The translations under genes were made by a program, and so were the position numbers. Shown here in pieces: positions 1-11,285 of a stretch of 64,000 nt of DNA (position 1 is the stretch's first letter; each line of letters starts with the position of its first letter). The notes under the pieces are model-generated. The model made no database searches. It worked only from the letters and a program-made list of their open reading frames with translations, and was not told the origin of the DNA. Source of the stretch: Gekko japonicus (Eukaryota); the NCBI RefSeq assembly GCF_001447785.1, contig NW_015174272.1, positions 2,075,071 to 2,139,070 on the forward strand, written 5' to 3'.

Positions 1-728
1 CTGGGAAGTGACAGCTAACTGTGGCTTCTTAGCATGTATGTACACACAATATAAAAACGTGTGATCATTACATGCCAAGTTAACACTGTAAATCCTATGC
101 AGGACATTCTATGTAGCAATCTTACATGAAGCAGCCCCTCTACAACACAGCCTCAGATCCGCAAAAGTGCACTTGCTTTCAAGTAAGTATTACCTAATGT
201 CACGGTCCTACACAGGCATTTCAGACAACCCAAAGGGATTGCAGCTGATGTTAGCAATACTGTGTTCTCCAATATCCTTTATTACATTTCCTGTCATGAA
301 GCATCCTGCCTTATATTCGGATACAATGTATTTACCAGGCTTTCCCCCCATCAGATTTCAAGACGTCATATGAAGAATTCAGTAACTGATCAGTATTCAG
401 AGCATAACATAGGCTGTTTAATTTGTGTGCCAGCTTCAATGAGAATTCATTATGCTGAGCAGAACCTAGTAGAATTTTGCAAAAAAAACCACCCCAAACC
501 AAGGTTTCTTCTGGGAGTGTATTTTTTAAGCCCCAGTTCTTGGGTTGAAGTCTTGGAGATCAAAATATCTAGTAGTACAATAGAACTTAAAAAAAAAAAA
601 GTCAGCACTATCACATGTATCCTCAATTGGGAAGGAAAAGGCCAATACAGATTTGGCAGAGAAAATCATCAGCTTTCCAATTATACCAACAAGGCAAAAC
701 AAAAGTCAAGCTGTTCACCAACACCTAC

Positions 729-818
729 CTGCACAGGCTCCTCCAGGACCCCACTACAAATGGGGCATATAAGGTCTTCATCAACATCCCCTTGAAAGCG
801 TGCTACATCATACCCCAT
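729..818 (-). CDS. RNF41: RNF41 (NRDP1) RING E3 ubiquitin ligase, first coding exon (exon 729-841 including UTR); rest of gene lies left of the window
   Basis: Minus-strand translation MGYDVARFQGDVDEDLICPICSGVLEEPVQ matches the RNF41 N-terminus; acceptor ttttctag before 841; donor CAG|gtaggt after 729; 90 nt, phase 0. Confidence 0.96.
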
Positions 819-2336
819 TTCTCATCACCGATGCCAAAACCCTAGAAAAAGCAGGAGGGAGGGGAAGAAGTGGGAACAGATAACATGAGGACTTTTGCTG
901 CAAGAAGAACTAGAATATTCACAGCACTGTTCCTGCAGAGCCAGTTAAAAGTCACTCTTTTTTGATGGCTCCCCTGCCTGCCAACTGACCTGATAAGGCT
1001 GCATTCTAAGCCAGGGATTCACAGACAAGTTCCAAACCCTTCAAGAGCAGGGTGTGGTACAGTGGGGGAGAGAGAGAAAGAGAGAGAACATACAATTTGA
1101 TTCAGTCCCACTTCTGCACACTGAATTGCTCCTGTTTCCCCGCCTGCTAACGCTAATTAGACACTTCTCCCCACAGTGCATTATTACTCATCTCTTCACA
1201 TGCATTTTTTTTTTAAATTCCACACCTTGCCTTATTTTATTTTATTTTTGCTTCTGCCGGATAATTTGACTGTATGGGTGATGGTAAGTGGTGCCTATAT
1301 TTCACATCAAATTATACAGAATGTATGAAGGAAACTAGAATACTTGATAGGAGGGGTGGAGGGGAGGTTCAACTTAACTGTTTTATGCCTGTCTCTGAGG
1401 AAGGCTGACAACAGCAGAATAAGCCGCAGGTAACTTGCAAGCCTTGCAAGGGAACAGAGAGGAAGCAGGTCTGCACAAAAGTCTTCTAGTCAGGAGCAGA
1501 ACATAACCTCCTCTTAGGACAGATATCCTTCTGCAAACAGGAGTCATGGGTTGCTCCTGAGGTAGAGAGACAGCATACTTATCTGCCCTCAGAAGAAGCT
1601 ATTTGGAAGAAGGCACACCGAGAGCCTCACTAGAACGCTGGTCTGGATGATTTAATTTCTCACATGACACAGTTTGGGAATGGCTGACTCTCAAGAAATA
1701 GGATGATCCTTAGCAGCTACAACTAAGTATATGAATCAACTTTGCTAGATTACCTAGAGCAGTCCGATCCATCTCACAAATTGCAACTTCCCAGTTCCAT
1801 GCTCACACAAGCTATCAACAACCATTTTGACCCCCTACAAATAGTCCCCAATGAAGAAAACTAGAAGAGATGGTCTATTGACGTTTACATACTGTCAAAT
1901 GAATGGCAGATCGACTAAATCCATAGTTAATGAAAGAGAAGATGGACTTCCCTGGAAAGCTGTTGAGGAGGCACAAGGTCCTCCTTGATTGTCCCCATAT
2001 AATTCCAATTGATAAATTTGCCAAAATAGACTCATAAAATCCAACACACGTTATAGCGCGGTGGTGGTGGTGGAACTAAAAAGGCCAGATCCTTTAAACC
2101 ACAAGCAGAAGGCACTCTCAGTAGCAGATCTTCTTTCCCCCTTTCTACAGCAATCCTCACAAGACACCTGAAAAGCCAGTGCTGGATTGATGGAGTCATT
2201 TTGTAAACAAAATGCCATGAGCCACAGTGGGTGGACCTGACGGAGAAGGGAGAGATTGGGGGAAACTGCCACTTCTTCCTTGCTTAGATCATTTATATGC
2301 AGCTTCTCCAGAGACTGCCCACAACTAAAATAAAAT

Positions 2337-3205
2337 ACAACCAAACAACCTATTAAGAACATGCCAGGGCACAAAAACAGCACAAGACAAACATTGAGCA
2401 GCCTAAAATAATACTGATGGAATAGTCCTCAGGCCAGAAGCAGACCACAAAACAGCTAAAACAAATAGGACCCCTTTGTTAAAAGCCTAGTGCCTAAAAG
2501 AAAGTAAGGTAAGCACCAGGTGAGTCTTCCAAAGGCCAAGTTCTGCCTCTGAGAAAGCGGCATCTCTGATTGCCACGTGTTTCACCTCTTGGGGAGCCCT
2601 GTGAACTGGGCTGGAAAACAGGATCTTAACTGGCAATCAGGAGAATACCAAAGGAGATGGCCAGCGCCAAAGCCAGTTAGTCTGCTAAAGGTATGTGCAT
2701 GTGTTAAGTGCTGCCAAGTCACTTTGGACTTATGGTGTCTCTATGAATTAATGACCTCTAAAACATCACACAACCAAACAACCTATTAAGAATATGCCAG
2801 GGCACAAAAACAGTACAAGACAAACATTGAGCAGCCTAAAATGATACTGATGGAATAGTCCTCAGGCCAGAAGCAGACCACAAAACAGCTAAAACAAATA
2901 GGACCCCTTTGTTAAAAGCCTAGTGCCTAAAAGAAAGTAAGGTAAGGTAAGCACCAGGTGAGTCTTCTAGAGGCCAAGTTCTGCCTCTGAGAAAGCGGCA
3001 TCTCTGATTGCCACGTGTTTCACCTCTTGGGGAGCCCTGTAAACTGGGCTGGAGAACAGGATCTAAACTGGCGATCAGGACAATACCAAAGGAGATGGCC
3101 AGCGCCAAAGCCAGTTAGTCTGCTAAAGGTATGTGCATGTGTTAAGTGCTGCCAAGTCACTTTGGACTTATGGTGTCTCTATGAATTAATGACCTCTAAA
3201 ACATC
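2337..3205. repeat. Tandem duplication, 2 x ~433 bp
   Basis: Copies 2337-2767 and 2770-3205 differ by about 11 substitutions and a 5-bp indel; paired ORFs at 2577 and 3015. Confidence 0.95.
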
Positions 3206-4534
3206 CCATGGTTAACAGCATTGCTCAGGTCTACCTAAAAGGTGTCCCAAAAGGGCCCCGTTAAAGGTAAGAACTGAAAAGTGAAAGCTTGCTCTACTCC
3301 ATTTCCTCCACCAGCAGAAGGAGGTGGGGCAATTTTTTCAGTCCTATAAATTACTGTGGCCAATTTTAATATTATTCACTTCTCTGAAAAAATTTCTTTG
3401 GTTAGACTCTTACATCTTGGTAGAGATGAGTGATAAATCTCTCGATTAAGGACCAGCCTCTGTAAGCTTCGTTATCCTCCCCAAGGCAAACATGTAACCA
3501 GCAATTATACAGGATTAGCTGTACAGTTTCCCCAAAGCTATGTCACAGGTCTTGTAGGCTTCGCTCATTTCTGCCCACTTCAGTAACTACCTTCTACAGC
3601 AAAAGTTGTTGGGCAGAGGACACTGCACTTTCTCCTTACAAGTTAAGCCTTTGTTGGGTAACTAACAGGCTCAATTGTGACATCAAAGGAGCAAGGGTGA
3701 CTGACTCCCCATTAATTTGCCGGATGCAGTCCTATTGGCCAAGATGGCTTTAGTTTTAAGATTCTGAATACATGGGGGCATGTCTTAGACCAAATTAGGA
3801 TCAGCAATGACAAAAATAGAGATTTAAGTTTAAAAATAAATAAATCAGAATTCAGGTTTCAGCTATACACTTCTTTTAAACATAACCTGGTTTAAAATGA
3901 AAGCTGAAATTAATGTGAGCATATCATGTTAGAAATTAATTTAAGACTCTTGGGAGAACAGGAAAATGATTGTCATCACACAACAGTTCTGTACTTATAT
4001 AATGACTTGACATGGAGGGCCGAGAACTGGCAAATCACCACAGATAACATCCACAGATCCTTCTGGTTTACCTTTCAATATTCTTCTAACCCTAGTAACT
4101 ACCAGATTTTTGCAATTGGCTCAGTATTCCTGCTATACCTATTTGTATCTGACATCTCAGCAACATGGACATTTACCTTTCACCTCATGGAGAACAATTA
4201 TCTGACCAGTAACTACTGTCACAAGCCCTTGATGCTGGTTGAATTGTTTTTGAGGGCAGGATAATTATATAATCAAGGAGAAGGGCCATATTGAAACAGA
4301 AGTCAACACTCGGGAAAAGCAGCACCTTCTAGTGTTGATCCCAATGAGAAATAAAAAATTGTCATGATCTTAGAATATTACATTTTTTTAAAAATAGTCA
4401 TATTAAGTTAATACTCTTAAAAATGCGTAACGTATCCTCTGAGACTGTATAAAAGTTCTATTTAGTTTTTAAAATATCATTATTTGATGTACTTATACTC
4501 GACTTTTCCAAATGGCTTACAATTCCCAAATCTG

Positions 4535-4675
4535 TTGTTTTTTGCCATCAAGTCTCAGCTGATTTATGGCGAGCCCATTGGGTTTTCAAGGCAAGAGACA
4601 TTCAGAGGTGATTTGCCATTGCCTGTCTCCATGTCACGATCCTGGTACTCCAGGGTATTCCTTGGTGGCCACCAG
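4535..4675 (-). mobile_element. 3' fragment of a 5S-derived SINE
   Basis: Body similar to the 8469-8708 element (gacattcaga..gtg; gggtattccttggtgg). Confidence 0.55.
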
Positions 4676-7600
4676 TTGCTATGAACAGTTTTATTTTATT
4701 GGTCTTGTTGTTTTACACAAGAGTAATAAAATACTGCATTGCCTATTGGGACTTAATGGGACACTGAAAAAGCTGGGCCCGTCAACTTAAGAGAATCCCA
4801 GATGTTTGTCCTTCTCTCTCACACCTACCATTCCAGTTGCTGGTGGCTTTAGTAACTGGGCCTTGGGAGGTAGAGCTCATGAAAATAACCTGGACAGCAC
4901 AGACAGTCTCCCTTAATACAAGCCTAGTGTGGTGGGTTCTAGTGATCATTTCCATTATTAATGTACTTCTGTTAGCAGAATCAAAGGTTCCCTGCCTCCG
5001 TTCTCCCATAGCAGCCCACTTACCTTCATGAATGTCATTCCTAGAAATAAGAGACTCCTAAAAACAGTATGAGGGGCAAATTGGTGACAATCACTCATGC
5101 TCCCATTAGCAGACATTATTGTCAGGATCTAACCCATTATCTGGTGAATTACTTTTGCTCACCCCCTGAGGGGAGGGATCCCTTTCCCCCTGGCTCTTGT
5201 TCCCTGCCACTACTCCTAGCAGCAGCAGGATATATATTTTTTGAAAAGTGACCATTTGGCTAATGGCATGACATCATCCCCAGAAAAAACCAGGAAGTGA
5301 CATCACAACCTCTCTGGGCAATTCCTAGAGAGGTGTGACTTCTGGGAAAACCCAGAAGTGAAATTACACCAACAGCTGCTCCCCATGCCCCCCAGGTCTC
5401 TTGCTAAGTGACACTGAGTGGAATACTGAGATCCTGGGACTGTCATTTGGTAGAGATGATGGCGGGGAGGAGTGTCCCAGACAGTGGTCTTCAGCATTTC
5501 CAAACCCTCACCTCCCAAGCTGTAGTGCGGAAGCTACTGAGCTGAAAAGCATATGATGAGAAATCACATGACATCATAACCAAATAAGAGTCATGTGACA
5601 GGTAGATGAAGAACAAATGTACGTGAATGTGCCTGTGCTGAAAAAGGAATCTTTTCCACTGCTGAGTGATCTTGACATCCCGTCCCACTGCTCCTCTCAC
5701 TTCAGGAGAGACAGGAGGCATATGCACCAGCAGCGGATTCATTCAAATTCTAACAAAAAGGCAGTTCAACAGGAGCTCAACATCCAGAAAGTGGGGCTTC
5801 TGCAACTCACCTGAGGATCCTGACACATTACCCGAACATGTTAATACATGTTTTATGGTTATAAGAACTTGTCAGCATGCATTTTTATTTAGGGAATATG
5901 CAAACAACAAATGAACAATTTTTTATTTAAAGAGTAGTTTCAGATACCAATTTAAGGTCTCTCAATTTAAGGCATTCCATACTGAAAACAATTCAAGCAC
6001 AGGTCATAAGCATTATAAAACATTAGCCTTTCAGACCCAGACACAAAACTCTTTGTAAAAGGACAGACAAAATACAAGGTACTTGAGAAACATTTGCCCT
6101 GAATGGACAACAGAAAGAGGTGCACACAAAACAGCTGTATAGCAGAGCTCTGGAATAATCAAGTTACAGCCAAGTAATATATTCTTGATGGAACAATCTG
6201 TCTGAAGAGCATATGGCAGCTGCCCAAGATTCTGTGTGTTCCTAAAGGTTGTAAGCAGCATCTGATTATTCATGTTTTAAAGCAAAGAACATGTAAGGAC
6301 TTCTCAATGTACAATAAGCTAAGTTATCACTATAGCTGTCATTTGCACTAGCTGATCACAAACCTAGCATTCCCAGCCCCAGAAAAATCTGGTAAATAAA
6401 TTCCCACCACCTGATGATGCATCAGGTAGTAAAGATCTACTACTGAAAATGAAAATCCACCACCACAATATACAAGGATTACAGTGCAGCATAGTTTAAT
6501 CTTCACTTTAAATGTGCAGATCCTTTTAACATTTATTTAGATATTTATACTGCACTTTTTAAAGAAAAATATGATGCCTTTTAATGAATAAAGTTACCGT
6601 ATGTTTTTATTATAACACTATAAAAACTGTTCTTGCAAGTAATGCTTGGGTGGGAAACAATTCTAACTTTCAGACCTGCAAACTGCCAAAAATACAGATT
6701 ACTGCAAGTCCTATGGAGATCTACAAGCCTTATGTGTAGATTGTGTGATCAAATGCAGTAGAAGACAAAACTGCAGCTGCTAAATTTCTGCCTTCCCACT
6801 TCAGTTCATGAAGTCTACACCAGCTTTTCCTACAACTACAGTCTTCGTTAAAAGCAAGTTCTTGACAGTTCTAAATAAGACTCCAGGTTTTAGTCCATGC
6901 CTTAAGAACGATTCATTCAGGGGATCCCAAGATGTCACTATGACTTGTTCTGTCTTTAGAAGTGTTCTGTCTTTAGAAGTGAGCCTAAAGCTCACCTAAG
7001 TAATAGGAGAAATCCTTCATAAAAGACTTTATGATCAGAGACACACCAATGGACCAGAAGACAACACTAACTTTGTCTTCAGAATTCATCTTGGAGGATC
7101 CTCCACAGAACTTGGAAGATAAGTGACAGCCTTGAGACCATTTCTCTGTTACTATGGAAAGTCAATGTATTTTAATGCTAGAATGATATCCTAAATTAAG
7201 GCATGTAGTAAAATCCAAGCAAAATCCAGTACACTAACTTGTGTGCCTTATTTGCCTAGTAATGCAGTTGTTAGTAGTGCAATGTGGGGGAATGCTTCAC
7301 TAAATTTTGACACCACCATTTTGAGAAATGGCCCAAGCAAATCAGCATCAGCAGGTAAGAGATGTGACACACCAGTTCTGCTGTAGCCAAAACTGGGTTT
7401 GTCTGGAAAATTACATGAAAAGTTACCAGCAACTGCAGACACCACAGAATGCTGATGGGGTCTGATATAAATGTGTTTCTAACAGACATTTTAGTAAGGT
7501 AAAACCCTATAAAGCAACACTGAAGATGAGCTAAATGCTCAATAATTTTCCATATATATTACGGAAAAGTGCTCCTGCTCCCCCTCCCCCAAGTTAAACA

Positions 7601-7864
7601 CGGCAATGCATTTGAAGACTCCGTTAAAGCTTCAATTGCATGGGATTCTAAAATATAAGCAGACTGGGAAGACAGCTACACATTTTCATTGTGCTTTTCT
7701 TTTAGTAGTACCAAGTAATCTACACCTGAAATGCTGCTAAGTGTTTCAGTATGTGCACTGAATGAAGTTACTGCCTTCACCCACTCACACAAGAGCTGTA
7801 CTTCCCACACTTCCCACTGTTCCTGCTATTAATTTCGCCAGGGGTTAATCATTTTAGTTGCCCT

Positions 7865-9425
7865 TTTCTACACCTTTACCAATGCCATAATATCGTTTAT
7901 GAGATATGATGACCAGAAGTGTACATAATATTCCAAATAAGGCGACACCACAGATTTATACAGGGGCATTATGATACTGGCTGATTTGTTTTCAATCCCC
8001 TTCCTAATAATCCCCAGCATAGCATTTGCCTTTTTTATTGCAGTCACATACTGAGTTGACATCTTTCGTGAATTATCTACCACGACCCCAAGATTACTCT
8101 CCTAGTCAGTTACCACCAGTTCAGACCCCATCAACATATATTTATAGTAAGGATTTCTGGCTCTAATGTGGTTTACTTTGCATTAGCCCACGTTGAACCT
8201 CATTTGCCATGCTGATGCCCACTTGCCCAGCTTTAACAGATCCCTCTGGACTGCCTCACAATCCTCCCTGGTTCTCACAGCCCTGAAAAACTTAGTGTCA
8301 TCTGCAAATTTAGCCACCTCACTGTTTACTCTCAATTCCAAATCATTAATGAAGAAGTTAAAAAGCACCGGGCCTAGTACTGAGCCCTGCAGTACCCCAC
8401 TGCTTCCCACCTTCCACTGTGAAAACTGCTCATTTATACTCACTCTCTGTTTCCTGTTAATTAACCAGGTGGGTTTTTCAGTATTTGGTTTTTTTGCAGT
8501 TTTGTGTGTGTGCATGTGCCTGGAAGTCATGGTGACCTCTGGCTACTCCTACTGGGGCAAGGAGGACATTCAGAAAGGTGGCTTGATAGCCTGCCTCTTG
8601 GCCCTGGTATTCTTTGGAGGTCTCCCATCCAAATACTTGCCATGGTCGGCCCTGCTTAGCTTCTGAGATCTGAGGAGATTGGGCTTGCCTTGGCTTTCCA
8701 GGTCAGGGTAATTAACCAGTTATTAATTCACAGAAGGACTTGTCCTCTTATCTCATGACTGCTGAGTACTTAGGAGCCTTTGATGAGGAACTTTATCAAA
8801 AGCTTTCTGGAAGTCTAGGTAAACAATATCTACTGGGTCACCCTTGTCCACATGTTTGTTCACCCCCTCAAAAAGGTTAGTGTGACAAGATTGTCCCTTA
8901 CAGAATCCATGCTGATTCTTCCTCAATGGTCTTTGTCCATCATGGTGTCTACTAATTCTATCTTTGATAACAGATTTCACCAATTTACTCAGTATCGATG
9001 TTAGACTGATCACCTGTAATTTCCCAGATCTCCTCTGGAACCCTTTTAAAAGATGGAGGTTATATTAGCTACCTTCCAGTCCTTGGGAATGGGGGCAGAT
9101 TTTAGTGAACGTCTGCCTATTTTTGTCAGGAAAACCACAAGTTCACATTTGAGTTCTTTCTGAACTCTTGGTTGTATGCCATCTGGGACTGGTGATTTGA
9201 CAGTTTTTAATCTGTCCATCAGTCATAGGATTTCCTCTCGTCACCTCAATCCGACTCGCATCTTTCGACACCCCTCCCATCTTCCACAGTGAAAACAGAG
9301 GCACAAAATGCATTCAGCTTCTTTGCCATTTCCTTATCATACTTTAGTAATCATTTCATCCCTTGGTCATCCAAGGGCCCTACTGCCTCCCCGGCTGGTT
9401 TTCTGCTTCTAATGTAGTTGAAGAT
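7865..9425 (-). mobile_element. CR1 LINE ORF2 (RT) fragment, interrupted by a SINE
   Basis: NQHGFCKG..VDIVYLDFQKAFDKVPH, GVLQGSVLGPVLFN, KFADDTK and KKANAMLGII motifs. Confidence 0.93.
8469..8708 (-). mobile_element. 5S rRNA-derived SINE (SINE3/5S-Sauria type)
   Basis: Reverse strand has AGATCTCAGAAGCTAAGCAGGG...AGTATTTGGATGGGAGACC (5S internal promoter region); 11-bp TSD TAATTAACCAG. Confidence 0.88.
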
Positions 9426-9545
9426 ATTTTTATTGTTAAATGTGAATTATGTGGTACTGATCAAATGAAGCATACTGTGTGTCACAAAAATTAAGACAAT
9501 GGAAGTCCCAAACTGCTGGTTATTGTATTTCCTATGGGATGCTGC

Positions 9546-9593
9546 AAAGTGGGGTCACGAAGAGTCGGACTCGACTGTGCGACTGAACAACAA
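9546..9593 (+). mobile_element. Ultra-truncated BovB 3' end
   Basis: Matches the 3' end of the 43404-44217 element; 12-bp TSD ATGGGATGCTGC. Confidence 0.85.
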
Positions 9594-9706
9594 ATGGGAT
9601 GCTGCTATTGTTTTATTCTTCCCAACATGCCAGGGGCACAGTCTGATACCAATTAGCTGTGTTCACCTAAGAATGCTATGGGATGCAGATAAAGACTTCT
9701 TTATAC

Positions 9707-9963
9707 CACGGCATGAAAGGTTGCTCTCCACACCCATTTTTAACTTTTCAACATCCAAGCTGATAAAGAGTTAAGGAAAATTCAAATGCTTGCATGCTGT
9801 TTTGGGGACATTTTGGTTGGTCTTAATCAAAATGTATTATATGGCTTTTGTTTCAGGTTGTCGGTTCCTGATGTGGAGGATAGCGATCCGTGTTTGCAGC
9901 AAGCAATGAGTTAATGTCTTCTTAGGAAATATCTTCTTAGCTTCAAAATATCATATATCCTTC
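9707..9963 (-). other. RNF41: Putative RNF41 non-coding 5'UTR exon
   Basis: Acceptor tttttcag|GAAGGA at 9963; unique non-repeat sequence; motifs CAACCTGAAACAAA and AAGACCAACCAAAA resemble the mammalian RNF41 leader as recalled; donor uncertain (TG|gtataa after 9707, or AG|gtgaac near 9666). Confidence 0.55.
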
Positions 9964-10303
9964 CTGAAAAACTGAAATATTTGTTATAGTTTGGGCTCCA
10001 GTCTCATTGTATTTTTCACCAGTACAAGTTACATCACATGACTGCAACTAGCAGAAGCTAATTGAACTAAATGTCTGCACAGCTGTGGAAAGCTTTTAAA
10101 AATTCCATTTCCATGCCAACAACAGGAGGAAGAAGGATTAGGCAACTAGAATTAAAAAACATAGACGTCCCATCTGAGTGCAGTGCAAAAATGTGGCCAT
10201 CTTCTCTCCCCTCCCCCGAGACATCTGAAATATTGCTGTTGCTTATATCTTTAAAATAGCATTGTCAGTTGCTTTGATTTCTAAAACATAGTGGGGCATA
10301 GAT

Positions 10304-10614
10304 CAGGGGTGACCAAACTGTGGCTCAGGAGCTGCATGTGTCTCTTTCACACATATTGTGTGGCTCCTGGCAGGGCAGCTGGGGAAGGTAAATATCATTA
10401 GCAAACAAATATCATTGGACAAATAAATATCATTATCAATATCTGCCTTTACTGCTTTTGTTATTATTTTTGACAGTCTCATCTAATGTTGATAAAAAGC
10501 CAATTTGCATATTTCCTAGTAAAAACATGTAATATTTGTTCATGTCTTGCAGCTCCCAAACATCTGACATTTATTCTAGGTGGCTCTTATATTAAGCAAG
10601 TTTGGCCACCCCTG
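10304..10614. mobile_element. Non-autonomous hAT (Charlie-like) MITE
   Basis: TIRs CAGGGGTGACCAAACT / AGTTTGGCCACCCCTG; 8-bp TSD GCATAGAT/GCACAGAT. Confidence 0.85.
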
Positions 10615-10889
10615 GCACAGATGGATCTGCCAATGGCTACTATACATTGCAACTAATTGTTAACAACCCTACAGTTTTATATATTGCTTCTAATTTTACT
10701 CCTTTAAGAAAAAGGCAAATTAAAATAGTTAACATTCGAGCCACAGAAAGGGAAGAAAGCATTTGGACTATTAATAACCTTTTGTGGTTTGATGTATCTC
10801 TAGTACGAAACTTTATTTGGGGGTATATAAAAAACCACTTGAGTCTACCAATAGTACAAGTAATAGAAGGCGGCACACTGCATCTCTGC

Positions 10890-11280
10890 ATGAGTCACTC
10901 TTCGTGCTTCCTTGCGCTTTTGAATAGGAGATATCCTCCCTGTTTGAGGAAGAGGAAGGTGGAGGAAGCAGTAGATTTTGAAGGTAAATCAATATGGCCC
11001 CAGCAGGACCAACTTGATTTTTGGAATCATGGATTAGGATTTCTTGAGGACGGTTCACCTTCCTGTGATGGGCTCCATCTTACAAAGATGGGGAAGAATG
11101 TGTTCAGTCGGAGTTTGGCTAGATTATTGGGAGGGGTTTAAATTGATGTTCGAGAGGAATGGAGATGTCTGTTGGGGGGCTTTGAACTTAGAGGGGGATT
11201 TGATAATAGGAAGGCATTTCGGAAGTGGAACAAAATAATGAGATACAGGGGATATCAGGCTTGGGGGAACAAGGCTAGTG
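10890..11280 (+). mobile_element. CR1 ORF1 (SGNH esterase) 3' part
   Basis: FWNHGLGF..DGLHLTKMGKNVF motif. Confidence 0.7.
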
Positions 11281-11285
11281 GTATT

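Noticed and set aside
262-795. 177-aa plus-strand ORF
   Set aside because: Non-ATG start, no recognisable homology, antisense to an RNF41 exon/intron
8600-8690. 5S rRNA gene
   Set aside because: Partial, diverged and embedded in a TSD-flanked SINE
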